This document shows positions 11,838-25,203 of a stretch of DNA of 64,000 nt, piece by piece. The stretch is taken from positions 26,598,001 through 26,662,000 of the forward strand of contig CP158635.1 of the NCBI GenBank assembly GCA_050273025.1. Direction: 5' to 3'. The position numbers and the translations under genes are program-made. Below the pieces are notes generated by a model. That model was not told the DNA's origin, ran no database searches, and was given only the letters and a program-made list of their open reading frames with translations. The stretch comes from Cenococcum geophilum (Eukaryota). Position 1 is the stretch's first letter, and each line of letters begins with the position of its first letter.

Positions 11838-14800
11838 CAACTATATTATAGGTAAAAACTATAGCTTTAATATAATACTTTAGCTTACTAGAGCCCACTT
11901 TAAAACTAATAAGAATTACTAGCTTTATATATCTAAATAGCGGAAGACTATATTTTAAAGAGTTATCGCTTCTAACCTAATAAAGACTTATTTAAAGTGC
12001 CTTTAACTACTCTTTAATAAACTCTAGAAAATCTAACGTAGCCTTACTAAAACCTACTAAAATAAGAACAGCCTAAGGGACTAGGTTATCTTAGCATGCC
12101 ATAGTATTCCTAAGTGTAATTTAGCGCTATATAAACCTATAGATATATTTAAAGGAGTATATACCAAACTACGCTTTACTATAGGTACTGCAATACAAAT
12201 ATAAGAACCTTAATAGTTCTATACTAAAAACCCTACCTAACTAAGTATTCCTAACTAATACAATTATAACTAGACTAATTAAATATATAGTAGCCGTAGT
12301 AGGGAATATAGAAGAGGGTATAATTAATATTAACTATAAGGTAATTATAGAGGTCCTTATAAAGGTTTATTTCAAAGTAATCGCTAAAAGAAGTACTACG
12401 TTTATAAGAAGCTAAATTACTAGTTAACTAGATACTCCCTTAATAAGCGAAAGGAGGTATATAATAAGTTCCGTCAGAGTATAAGAAACGTTAAAAATTA
12501 TAAGGTCACTATAGCCTACTTCTAAAGCTTCCTAGTTTAATATAAAGGCGTAGAAGATCTTAAAGGTAAGGTTAATAAGACCAAACAGCTCCTTATAGAT
12601 ATAGAAATTAAGGACTACTTACCTAACTAATACTTTACTAAGTATAGTAAGGTAAATAGTATATAAACCGTTACTGTTCTTAATAACTAATCTATACTCC
12701 ATTCTATTACGAAATTAAATATCTTTAATAAGCTAAAGGAGAGTTTCACGTTTTCCTTTAACAACTGATACTTGACGAACGTCTTCTATAGTATTATACC
12801 GGATACTAGAGCCGCAGGAGTATCTATAGTAAAAGAACCTTAAGTTCAAGCCCTTTAGCAGCTTAATAGCTCTATTTAGATTAACCATTTAACGGCAGGC
12901 CAGCATACAATTCGTTTTAGCAAAGGTACTACAATCTCTCTTAGCATAATTAGGGTTTAAACCCCCTTAGGGTATATTAGTTTTTACGTTATTTCTATAA
13001 ATACCCTATTTCTATTTTATATTAAAGATATAGACAAATTAGGCGTTAAGCTTAATAACCTTAAGAATATACTTATCTAAGGAGATAATCGGGTGCCCGT
13101 TATACGCAAGTAGGGTTACCCCTAGTTACTCCTTTATTAACTAGAAAAGAGTGTTACTTAAAGCCACTTAACTAAGTTAGAGTTACGCTAACTATACCGT
13201 CATTTTGGCCACCTATCCGTTTATTAATTGCTTAGGGTTCTTCAGCGAGTAGGCCATAAAGTTAAGGTTAAGGCAATTAAGCATCTTATAAAGTATTACT
13301 ATTACTGCTAAATAAACCAGAAGTCCCCTAGCCGATTTAAGTTTACCCTTAAGGATAACTATAACTTTAACTTCTGTATTATTATTAACGTTATATATCT
13401 TAGCGGCAAGCTAGTGCTCTAAGTTATTAACTTCTTAACCTCCTTCTAAGCCGCGCGTTTCTTAAAAAATATATCAGCTAGAAACACATAGGATACCCTT
13501 TAGTTATACTAGATTAATATCTATTTAGAACCCCCTAATTAAATCGTCCATAATATAGGAAAGAACTTCTTATCTATAGAGTTTTAATAATAGATAAAGG
13601 TAATAGCAATTAAGGTTAAGGAAGTCCCCGTTAAGGCATATAATAGTATTAGAAAAGTGGAACGATATTACACGCTATTACGCCGCGTATATAAGATTAT
13701 CTCTTTAGAACTAAAGGACGCTAGTAAAAAACTTACTTTATAAATAGCTATTAAAGCTATTAACGATTCTGCTGGCCTAGATAGACTTATACCTATATTA
13801 CTAGTCTTTAGCGCCTACCTTTAAATAACTAACAATTCTTTACTATCTCCCTCTATTATATAATAAGCTAAGGCTATTTGCAAGGTAATAAAGGAGGTGC
13901 GACATCTCTACGCTATACGCTAGGTTAATAATACACTAGGAATAAGAAATAGCCTAAATACTTTAACTGCGCTTAATCTGCCACTTTAGTCTAAAGTACG
14001 CGTATAGCATAAAAGGGGAGGATAGTTAGGCCTATACCAACTTATTATAATTAATAGTTAAACTTATACTATTTAGATGCCTTACAGACCCACTTAATTC
14101 CGTTTAACTATTATTAAGCCTTACTATAAAGATAACAATTCTAAGCCTTTATAGAATGCCCTAGAAGATGCCCTAGAAGAGAATCATAATTAATATACTT
14201 TAGAAGGCGACTACGATCCTAATACAATTATAGTAGATGCGCTATAACTATAACATAGTAGAGGTCGCCCAAAGGGATCACGGAATCACTAATATTTTAT
14301 TAATTTTAAAGAACAATTTATTACCGCCATTAAGAATAGAGTTAAGTTATTAATGGCCTTTATAACAGCTAAAGAGAAGGCTAACTTTAAGCTCGCAAAA
14401 CAGCTCTAAAAGAAAGGTTATATTATAACCCCAGGAGCTCCTTTTCAAGCATCTAATAAGCAGGAGATCAACGGTCTTATCATAAGAGGAGTCTTTAAAT
14501 TTAAGAAGTATAACCCTATTAAGTTTAATAAAGTTTATATCTTTAAGTTAAGGATAGTTAATAAGATTAAGGGCAAGGCTACTAACGCCCTATTTAAGAA
14601 ATTAAGGCTTATTATCTAAGGGTATAATAATAATAGTAAAGAGATAATTTTTATATAATCTCTTACGATTTAACAAGCTAGTCAGCAAATTATTGTTATA
14701 TTAGCTCCCTCCTTAATAAAGAATAGAATAGCGGTTTATTTGCGAGATATTACTTAAGCCTACACTTAATTAGAGACGCCCCTTTAGCGCTTAATATTAG

Positions 14801-16430
14801 CATACCTTTTAGAGCAAATTCGCCACTAATATCCTAAAGATACGATTATAATTATATTTAAGCCATTATATAGAATTACAGAGGTAGGAACTTACTAGTG
14901 GGCTACCTACAGCAAGCACTATAAAGAGAAGCTTTTAATAACTACTTCTATATTTAATCCCTACTTCCTTATTACAACCACAGGAACCCTATTTAGAATT
15001 GTTAGTATACAAACTAATAATATAATTATCTTAGGAGACGACCAATTCTTAGCTCTTAAAGAGAATAAGCTAGTAAAGGTAAATCTTATAGCAAAGCTAA
15101 AAGAAAAGCTTAATTTAATAACACCATTACTCTTTAATAGATGCATCCTCTCCCTAAATAAGGATTTTATTACTTTGCGCCAGAAGGGTTAAGGTAAGAA
15201 GATTAACGTTATTAACGCTAATTCCCTAAAGTAAGGATATATGGAGTAACGCGCTTGCAGAGCTTATATTACTTCTATCTATCAACCTAAGGCTTTATTT
15301 AATTTCTCTATTACCGCCTAATACTAAGAACTAACTAAGGACGACGTTTTTGCCCTAAATAAACGTCTTTCCTAGTAAATAAACCATCTCGATTGGAGAC
15401 TACTCTATATACCTATTAATCTTCCTACCGCTAAGCTCTTTATATTTATTAATAGATCGTTTATAAATAATAAAGATTTTAGCTCCTAGTTAGAATATAA
15501 GATTATTATTACGAACGAATTTACTAAAGAGAATAACTTTATAATCTATAGCAATCTTATCTATTGGAGCTTAACTAAGAGTAAGCGCGTTACCTAAAGT
15601 ATTTTAGCGTTAGAGATATATAAAATAGTTAGCGGAGTTAATATAGCAATTACAATTAAAACTACCCTAAAGATGATTATAGATTAACTTAAACTTCTTA
15701 TTATCCCTATAATCGTGTGCACTAATTTATTTTCCCTCTATAAGTGTTTAGTTAAGCTTAATACCACAAAGGAGAAGCGCCTTATAATCAATATTATGGT
15801 ACTTTAGCAATCCTATAAGCGTTAAGAACTCTTTAAGATTTAATAGATTAATAGCTAAGATAACCTAGTAGATGTAATAATAAAGGCGAACCTAAATAAG
15901 GCACTAGAGACGTTTGTTAATACAAATACTCTATATATATAAGTTAAAGGTTAGGTTAAAAGGGAGTCCCTAGAAATTTCTTAGTTATATAAGGTCTTAA
16001 GATATTTAGGAACTTTAACCGGCGGTTAAAGTTGTCTAATTGGTTAGATTCTACAGACCCTAACTTAAACCAGCCAATTAGGATTTTCCATCCCCGGGAT
16101 AGAAAATCGCTATTAGCTCGCTTACCGCTAGTGCCTTGGCGGCCCTACTAATAAGATACCTACCCATAACTTATAAGCAAGAAAGCACCACGTGCTAAGA
16201 GGCAAATTTTAGAATAGCGAGACTTATATTACAATGGCAATAGTAAGTAAGGAGGATTAATTTTTATTCCGCTAGTTAAGCGGTATATATATATAGATGG
16301 TAACCACAAAAGAAGAGTTACCAGTGTTAGGAATAAAGGTAAATGGTCACCATATAAGGCATATTGCCGTCACGTATAGCAAGTTGCCATTACATACCGC
16401 TACGGCACTAGTGTAGTAAGGAACCTTAAG

Positions 16431-16854
16431 TGTTACGGACGCTTTAAGTACGATGTTATAACTACTTGGAGAAGAGACGGAAGAAGCTAGTTAGTTAATT
16501 CAGGCACGGTCCAGGATAGAGCCGATAGAACTATGTGACGAGGAATGGTAACCGAGGTCATATAATGTGCTACGTGTTAAATAAGAGGAATAGGAGGAAT
16601 TTACGTACCTTACGTATAAGACGTACATTACGTATAAGAAGGATTTTATAGGAGTATGGTTGTATATTTAAGGACCCTTAGTCCCTACCTAGATAGTTCC
16701 TTCCTTATAGTAATTCTTAGAATACAATTAGAGTTAATCTGTTGGGCAACTACTCCACTAGTTATTATTTGTTGTTAACTTTTATACTTATATTTCCTAC
16801 ACACCTAGCCTATTAACAAGCCCACCGTAGTTCTTGCTACAAGGTTCCGTTATA
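16431..16854 (+). repeat. 5' LTR of Gypsy B
   Basis: Colinear and indel-free with 23911-24334. Confidence 0.95.
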
Positions 16855-19800
16855 CAATCACTACCTAGTTACGGTATTAATATAAGAAGTTGAATAACAT
16901 GCCACCAAAAGCAGCCACTATAACGCCATTGATAGTAGCAACTACTTCGAGGTTAGGTAACGACACTAGTATAGCAGACACTGACTTATAGTAACCTATA
17001 ACAGTTGGATAGCTATAAGAGATAGTTAACTAGTTGATAGAAAATAATGTAACGTTGGAAAATAGGATTAACGGGATAGGCGCAGTAAAGGTTAAGTTAC
17101 TATTGATTAAAAGATACTTAGGTAAGAGATTAAAGCTTAAAGGATTTCTAACATAAATGCACTTTAAGGTAGCATAGGAGGGAGTAAAGCTAGCAATACC
17201 TATGGATTAAATAGTATACGCAGGATTGTTTCTAATAGGAAGAGCACTTAAATAGTTTAAGTCTTACCTAATAGAAATACAAGCGAACGGTATAATAACT
17301 ACTAACTAAAAGGTACGGTTTATGTTCTTAAGCTGGAATAGATTTGTTGAGTAACTTATATAAATATTTGGAGACCCAGAGGCAGTAACCACGGCAGAAA
17401 GAAAACTCTAAGACATTACGTAATAAACTTTAGCAATTAAGTATATAATGTAGTTCCAGACGTTAGCGACGCAAGTAGAGTGGAATAATAAGGCGCTTAT
17501 AGTATAGTATAAACAGGGACTTAAGGCTAAAGTCTAGGACATAATTATCCTAATAGAAGATGCGGACACCTTAAGGGAACTAATAGATTAGGTGATTAAG
17601 ATTAATAATTGGATCTACTAAAGGGAATAGGCTAAGAGAGGCTAGGACAGAGTTCTATAGTTATATAAGGCGCAGAGTACGCAACAATAAAAGCTAAGTC
17701 AGAAACTATAGTATGGCGCAGAGCTAATAGACCTAAGTAGTACTAAAGAAGCCTATAAGAGATAGAGCAAACCGTGGAAACCTAGAGGATAAGAATTAAG
17801 TAATTAAAGGTTTAAGAAGCAGAGGCTGAATTAGGGATCTTAATAGTAGAAGACGTTTAGGCGGACTCCATAGCAAGAAAAATGGTTTAAAGAGGGAGCT
17901 TATATAAATTGCGGAAAATAGGGTTATTATATTAGAGACTATAGAAGTAGACAGAGTTACTATACAGTAAAAGGTATAAGACTAGCAGACAATATACACG
18001 TATAGAGGGACGATAATATACTGCAAGGAATAAAAGAATGTTTAATTAGAAGTTTTGCGTTCTGTTATAACAACGCATACTAAATTTATAAAGACGCTAA
18101 GTACGGCGCAAGCTATTAGCTATAAGAGCTATTACTTATAGGATATAAAGGAACCAATAAACTAGCTCGCAGATCGGACATTAAGGACAATGAATTCGAT
18201 ATAGGCGAAGCATTTTGTAATAATAAGGCAATAAGAGCGGTTTACTAGGAACACGCAGCTATTAGAGATGTCACACTAGAGGTAGAGGATAATTCCACTA
18301 TAGAATAGGGAACATTAGTAGGGATCGAAACCCCACTAGATATAATGTCTATTGCTTTATAAGACGTAAGAGAAGTAGGACAGCAAACTACTTCGGCACT
18401 TAATAAAGGCAAAAGGCCAAAGGCTTAAGATTCTTATAGCGAGATACAAGACGACTAAGATTCTTAAGACGAGATAAGGCAAGCTTAAGGACCTATAATA
18501 GACGATAACCGATGGAGCAGAGCAATAGCTTAGTTCAGTAATATACAAATGAGCTTAGGACGAAGTTTCCTATAGGTATAAGACTCTTAAGATAAGATAA
18601 GTGAGATTTAAGACTCTTAAGACGAGATAAGAACACTAACAAGCTCAGGATTAATAAATCTAAGAGGTTAAGAATTTGGAGTATAAATTAAGACACCTAT
18701 AAACAAGAGGCAAGGAGCTTTTTTATAGATTAGAGAATCTGTAACGCAAACAGTAATTAGACTGGGAGACGAATATATAGACCTAGAAGACTTACTAGTA
18801 GAATACATTATTTGGACTAAAGATTAAAACATTAATACTAGGATTAAGAAGTAAGAGAACTTTGAGGATTAGAGCGCAAGGCGTAAACTAAAAGAAACTA
18901 TAGAAGAGTTTAGGTAAAGAATTATCGCATAGTAAGAATAGAAACTAGATAAGAGATCTAGCATATTAGGACGTATAAGGGACAGAGCACCAATACGAAG
19001 AATTACTAATAGGCCGAGAGTAGGCATACTGAGAGCTAAGTGGCTTACTAAACTAGAAGATAAAGAGGATCTAGGAATCCCAACTAGGTTTAAGGAACGA
19101 CATATAAAGGGCTATCACGATGTAGTAATAAGAAGATACTTCCTTATGGATAAGCCGTATACACTCTAGTAGCTATACTAAAGGTAGTATAGGCAAAGGC
19201 ATAATAATAAGTAGGAAGATTTCTATATATAGTTGGATAAAAAAGTTATTTAAGACTACCTGATTATAGAGAAGGCTATAACGCATATTAAAGGAGCTTT
19301 AATTATAACGTTAAAGGATCTAGAGGAACGATTAGAGGACTAGAGAAGTAAGAGACGTATCTTAGTACCCGCGAATAAAGTTATAACGTTTAAATTAGCA
19401 CGATAAAGGTTTAAACTTAAGGATAAAGATAAGTTAAGAGTTAACCTAAAGCACCTAGCATACCACATGTTATTATGGATCGCGTATATAGACGATATAT
19501 ACGAGATATATAAGAATCCAAAAGAAAAGAATTAGAAATACCCTATAAGGATATACTAGATAATAGATAAGTAATAGTACAGGAATGCCAAATATATATA
19601 TAGATAGCATCCAGCAGAAGTTTAAAAGGAAGGAAGTTTAGTACTTTAACTAGGAAGATTCCTTACGGAAGAATACTTAGAAGGACAATAGTAGTAGAAA
19701 TGCCTAGAGAACACGTGTCTATAGCATATTAAAGATAAAAAGCGAACTAGGTATTGGTTAAAGAGTAAGCCAAGCGTATAAGGATTAAGCAGCTAATAGT

Positions 19801-22800
19801 TAGGAAAAGTAGAGGCCTACGGGACCAGAGGGAGCCAGTAGTAGAGCCTTAGACCCTTAAAGGAATTTAAGGACAACACCTAAATTTATAAGTCAATTGG
19901 TAAGATTAGCAGTTCGAAGCGCTAATAGATAGTGGAGTAACGCGAAACTATATCTTACTAGTAGCAGTTAAGAGAATGGGATTACCTTATAGATAGAAGA
20001 AGTAACCTTACCTATTAGTTACGATTTTAGGAGATCTAATAGCCTATAGAGGAGGGATTATTAATCTTAAAACAGGACCTATTTAGATAACTATTAAAGG
20101 AAGATGAATTGAGATGTCTTTTAATATCCTACTATTGGGACAGGATGAGGCAGTATTAGGCATGCCTTAGTTATAGGAATACAATCTAAAGATCGATTAG
20201 ATTATAGGTCAAGTTAATATTAGGAATACTTAACGCCGCAAGATATAATAACAAGCTAAGTTAGTATAGTACTAAGTTGGAGCAATATATAAAGAGACTA
20301 AGCGAGGCTTAAGTTATATACTAAAGAGATACTATAAGTACGGTAAGAAACTATAGTTACCGGAAAGCGAAAAGCTATTAAAGTATATAGTATGGGACTA
20401 TAAAATAGAATTGGAACTAGGAATAAGTCTAAAGTTCTTTCCAATCTATAAGCTTACTAAAGAAAAAGGTAGAGCATTAAAAGAATTTGTCTAAGAAAAT
20501 TTACGAAAGGGATATATTAGACTATCGCAGTCATTAGCGGGTTATCTAGTACTATTTGTACTAAAGAAGAATGGCAAACTAAGGCTGTGTATTAACTATA
20601 GATAGTTAAATAGTATTACTAGAAAGGATAGGTATCCTTTACCCTTAATTAGCAAGATTTAAGACAGGATAGGCAATGCGTAAATCTTTACGAAGATAGA
20701 TCTAAGATAGGCGTACCATTAGATTAGGATTAAGGAAGGCGACAAATAGAAGGCAGCCTTTAGGTTAAAGGAAGGACTATATAAGCTATTAGTTATACAA
20801 TTTAGGCTTATAAACGCACTAGCAACGTTCTAGAAGCGTATTAACAATGTATTAGGAGAATACTTAGATGAATTTGTTATAGTATACCTCGACGATATTA
20901 TTATCTACTTAATAACTAAGGAAGAATACAGGGAACACGTCGAATGGGTCTTAAAGAGACTATAAGAAGAATAGATGCTAGTAGCAATTGAGAAATATAA
21001 GTTCTTTACTAGGAAGACCCATTTCGTTAGATTTATTATTAAACTAGGCTAACTTAGTATAGATCTAAAGAAGATTAAGGCTATAGTAAATTGGCAGGAA
21101 CTAGAGAACGTCACGCAGTTAAGATTGTTTTTAGGGTTTTGCAATTACTATAGAAGGTTTATAGCGCAGTGGTTAAAGGACATTAAGCCATTTACGCGAT
21201 TAATAAAGAAAGAAGAACTATGGGCATAGAGAGAGGAATAGAGGGAACTCTTTAAGAAAGTCAAAGAGTTATTTACCCAAGAGCCAGTTCTTAAGATCTA
21301 TTAACTAGGTCTAGAGACGGTTGTAAAAACAGATATATTAGACTATACACTAGGGGCATACTTTATATAAAGGTATTAAGATAGATGGCACCTAGTGGTA
21401 TACTATAGTCGGAAGATAATACCACTAGAATTAAACTATAACATCTACAATAAGGAGTTATTAGGTATAGTTACAGCATTAAAGAAATAGAGAGCATTCT
21501 TGCAAGGTATAGAGAAACCATTTATAGTTAAGACGGATTATAAGAACCTAATAGAATTCCTAATAACGAAGGAACTTAACCAAAGACAGGTTAGATAGGC
21601 AGAGATGCTTACAGAATACTATTTTGAGATTTAGTATACTAAGGGTACAGATAATACGCGGGCAGATGCTCTAAGCCGCAAAGCTAAACTATAAAGTAAT
21701 AAGAAGCCATTAGGGGCTTTACTGCGAAAAGATATAGACGGATTAATTAGGTATAATCATCTAAAAATTATAGCAACTTAAGAAAGCAGTAAACTAGAGG
21801 GAGTTTATAAAGCACTAAAAAGCTTTTAGGTATAAAGAATTCTAGAGGTATAGCTAGAAGATCTATAAACGGATATATACGAAAATCGAGAAGTAAAGTA
21901 CATCCCAAGAAGTATAGCAGAGTAATTTATGGAAGAGTTCTATAAGGGATTAACTTAAGGACACAATAAAGCCATAGGCTTAGTGTTAAGACTCTAAAAG
22001 GAGTACATTATTGACGGAATCTAGAGGATAGCTAGAAGGGTCACTAGAGAGTGTTTAGATTACTAAAGGAATAAACTAACAAGGCATAAGCCATATAGAG
22101 GGCTATAACCTATTAAAATACCAGAGAGACCATAGGAGGTTATATTATGGGACTTTATTATTAAGTTGCTAAAATTAAAAGATCCTATTACCGGACAAGA
22201 TTATAACGCGATCTTAGTAATAGTAGATAAGCTCACAAAGTAGGGATACTTTATAATATGTATAGAAGAAATCTCAGCGGAAGATATTGCTAGAATCTAT
22301 ATTAAAGAAGTGTTTATAAGACATAGAGCACTAAGTAAGATTATATCGGACAGAGATCTAAGATTTATAGCAGTATTTTAGAAGGTATTCTTAGCGGAGC
22401 AAGGAGTTAGAGTAGTAACTTCTACTATATATTATCTATAGACAGACGGTTAAACGGAAAGATTAAATTAGATACTAGAGCAGTATCTAAGGCATTATAT
22501 TAATTATACACAGAACAATTAGGTATCGCTATTACCAGTTATATAGTTTATATACAATACAACACCTTAAGAAGGAATAGGTATATTACTATTTAAGGCA
22601 AATTACGGATATAAGCTAAGAATATTATTATTACTACGGCAAGTAAAGAAAATAAGTAGCATAGCTAAAGAAAGAATAAAGACGTTAATAAATCTTTATA
22701 CAGACCTTATGGAATTAGCAAAGAAAGTATAAGAAAAAATAAAAAGGTACTATAATACTAAGAGATCTAAGGGACCAGATCTTAAGGAGGGAGATAAAGT

Positions 22801-23214
22801 ATGGCTACTACACAAAAATTTCAAGAGTTGACGACTAAGCAAGAAGTTAGACTATGTTAGACTAGGACCTTTTAAAATTACGTAGAGGATTTCATCGGTC
22901 ACGTATAAGTTAAACCTACTGGCTAAAATAAAGATCTACCCTATATAGCATATCGCAATACTAGAGCTAGTATACGGAAATATTAAGCTACTAGTCTACA
23001 AAGTAGACACGTATAAAGGACAGGAAGAAGATAAATAGTAAGTTTTAAGGATCGTTAATTATAAGGACATTAATAATAAAATATAGTACGAGGTTAAGTA
23101 GATAGGCTACACTAAGACTACCTAGGAGCTACTAGAGAATTTAAAGAATGCTATAGGAAAGGTATAGGAGTATTAAAAGAGATTAGGTTAGGTAATATTA
23201 AATAAAAAGGATCG

Positions 23215-23802
23215 CTAAAGAATAAGTTACCTAAGGGGGACCTAGGAAGAGCAGTTACCGAACTACTTAGATCTATTTCCTTCTCTATTAGAGGAGAATC
23301 CGTTCTTTTATTACTAAGTTCCTATAAACCTTATTCTATAAGTTTCCACTTTTTAAAACAAACCTTCTTATAAACCTTCTTAAGACGGAGCAAACAAGTA
23401 GACGCCGTAATGCGAGCATCTAGGGCCTTCTGTTCCGCATCCCGAGAACATTCTAACTTAGCTAGGGCTTAAAACAGTTTACTATCTAGCCGCGCAGCAG
23501 CAGATTAAATATAAAACCCTAAGATAAATTAATTAGGGAACTAGATAACTATTAAGAGTAATAGGTCGCGTATATTTAGCATCAGATATAGAGCGAACGT
23601 CATAGGACGAACGAATATTTGCTTTAGTACACTCTAAGTAAGAGGACGGTTATTATAAAGATGGGTTTGCCAATATAATATAAACCAACCCCTCTTTCAA
23701 ACAGCGAGAATACAGAGACGGTATAATCTCACTAAGAGATAATATTGCAGCAACAATGCGAGCACAACGTTAGGCGTATAAAGAAGAAATTGCTTTAGGC
23801 AT
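23215..23802 (-). pseudogene. RIP-degenerated antisense gene of Gypsy B (Zn2Cys6-like Cys cluster plus coiled coil, one probable intron)
   Basis: ATG at 23802. Reads MPKAISS...PSLYSRCLKEGLVYIILANPS..PSSYLECTKANIRSSYDVRS. Reversing TAT/TAC to TGT/TGC restores a six-Cys spacing. A second exon reads like a coiled coil. The end is approximate. Confidence 0.55.
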
Positions 23803-23910
23803 AATAAGCAATAATATTAACTAAATTAATTAGACGGATATTACACCTTTAGTAAATAACTTAGAGATATTTCGAATCTTCGAAAACGAAGATAAAAAGA
23901 AGGGAGATAG

Positions 23911-24334
23911 TATTACGGACGCTTTAAGTACAATATTATAACTACTTAGAGAAGAGATAAAAGAAGCTAGTTAGTTAATTTAGGCATAGTCTAGAATAGA
24001 GCCGATAGAACTATATAACGAGGAATAGTAACTAAGGTTATATAATATGCTATATGTTAAATAAGAGAAATGGGAGGAACTTATATACCTTATATATAAG
24101 ACGTATATTACGTATAAGAAGGATTTTATAGGAGTACGGTTGTATATTTAAGGACCCTTAGTCCCTACCTAGATAGTTCCTTCCTTATAGTAATTCTTAG
24201 AATATAATTAAAGTTAATCTATTAGGCAACCACTCCACCAGTTGTTATTTGTTGTTGACTTTTATACTTGCATTTCCTACACACCTAGCCCATTAACGAG
24301 CCTACTGTAGTTCTTGCTATAAGGTTCCGTTATA
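23911..24334 (+). repeat. 3' LTR of Gypsy B
   Basis: Copy of 16431-16854, preceded by a polypurine tract. Confidence 0.95.
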
Positions 24335-24556
24335 TTAAGTTCCTTACCCCTTTCTTTAAGAAGAAAACAGAATAATTATTATACTATCTACGAACTGTAG
24401 CTACGTAATATCCCCTTATATAACCAACAAAAGGTATTATAAAATTTTTTTAAATATATTATAAATATGTTAATACTATATTATAAATTTAATATATATA
24501 TTTGCTTACTCTATATAATACTAGATTCTTTAAATTAAAGAAGATATTATATTAAT

Positions 24557-24747
24557 TGTAACGGCTTAAACTAGAACAAATGTCTTAACAGAGACTTAAA
24601 CAAATACTTGCAAGATCAAGCAAACGAATGCTATATTATAAAGATATTAAGCTAAGGAGTAAGAGAAGGTGGTGAGGCCACGTCTATATACATATGCCAA
24701 GTCTTAAGCGAACCCCTGACTAGGTGACGCGCTTCAGCGCCGTTACA
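24557..24747 (-). mobile_element. Solo LTR related to the Gypsy C LTR
   Basis: Termini TGTAACGGC...GCCGTTACA with TTAAT TSD (24552-24556 and 24748-24752). Its reverse complement shares a CTCCTTAGCTTA..ATTCGTTT block with 57708-57920. Confidence 0.85.
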
Positions 24748-25203
24748 TTAATAAAAGACCTTCTCTATAGTTAAATCTATTTTACTATTATGCTAGGATT
24801 ATATTAAAAATATGTTTTAAATATACTTAGAACTATATATTATAATAAAAACCTTTCTATTTTTAAATAAGCTTTATAAGTAGCTAAAATTATTAAAATA
24901 GCTTTAAAATACGTTATAAATACGTTATATAGCTTGTTAAGATTGTAGCTATTATATTTAGAATGGATTTGAAATAGATTTGTGATAAAAGATGAGGTGG
25001 AAGGTAAGGTTAAAGTGTAAGAGGCAGAGTCAAATTTGGTGTGGTAGGCGGAGGTTTCGCCTATCGGGCCGACATTTTAGCGTGGTCCGACCGACCTGCA
25101 CCCCTGGCGGTGAGGGGCGGCAGTCCCCTCGCGCACCTTCCTCGCGCACCTTGTTGTTCTTGCTCCTACCGATATCTTCCCACTGCCTATTCAGCAAACA
25201 AAC

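Larger units (their letters stand above)
16431..24334 (+). mobile_element. Full-length RIP-degenerated Ty3/Gypsy chromovirus (element B)
   Basis: Paired 424-bp LTRs (16431-16854 and 23911-24334) with TTAAG TSD (16426-16430 and 24335-24339). PPT at ~23894-23910. Gag ATG at 16899, zinc knuckle ~17900, protease ALIDSG ~19920, RT YLDDIII ~20884, RNase H, integrase, chromodomain ~23030-23175. Confidence 0.95.
11838..24429 (+). mobile_element. RIP-degenerated Ty1/Copia element, 5'-truncated; its 3' LTR is split by Gypsy B
   Basis: Domain order is gag zinc knuckle (~12390), protease IIPDT(G)AAGVS (~12795), integrase HHCC (~13190-13310) and core, RT (KPLY..GT..WATY ~14860; QTDD-like ~15010), then RNase H (~15440-15960). 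Integrase before RT defines Copia. The LTR is 16325-16430 plus 24335-24429. Confidence 0.88.
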
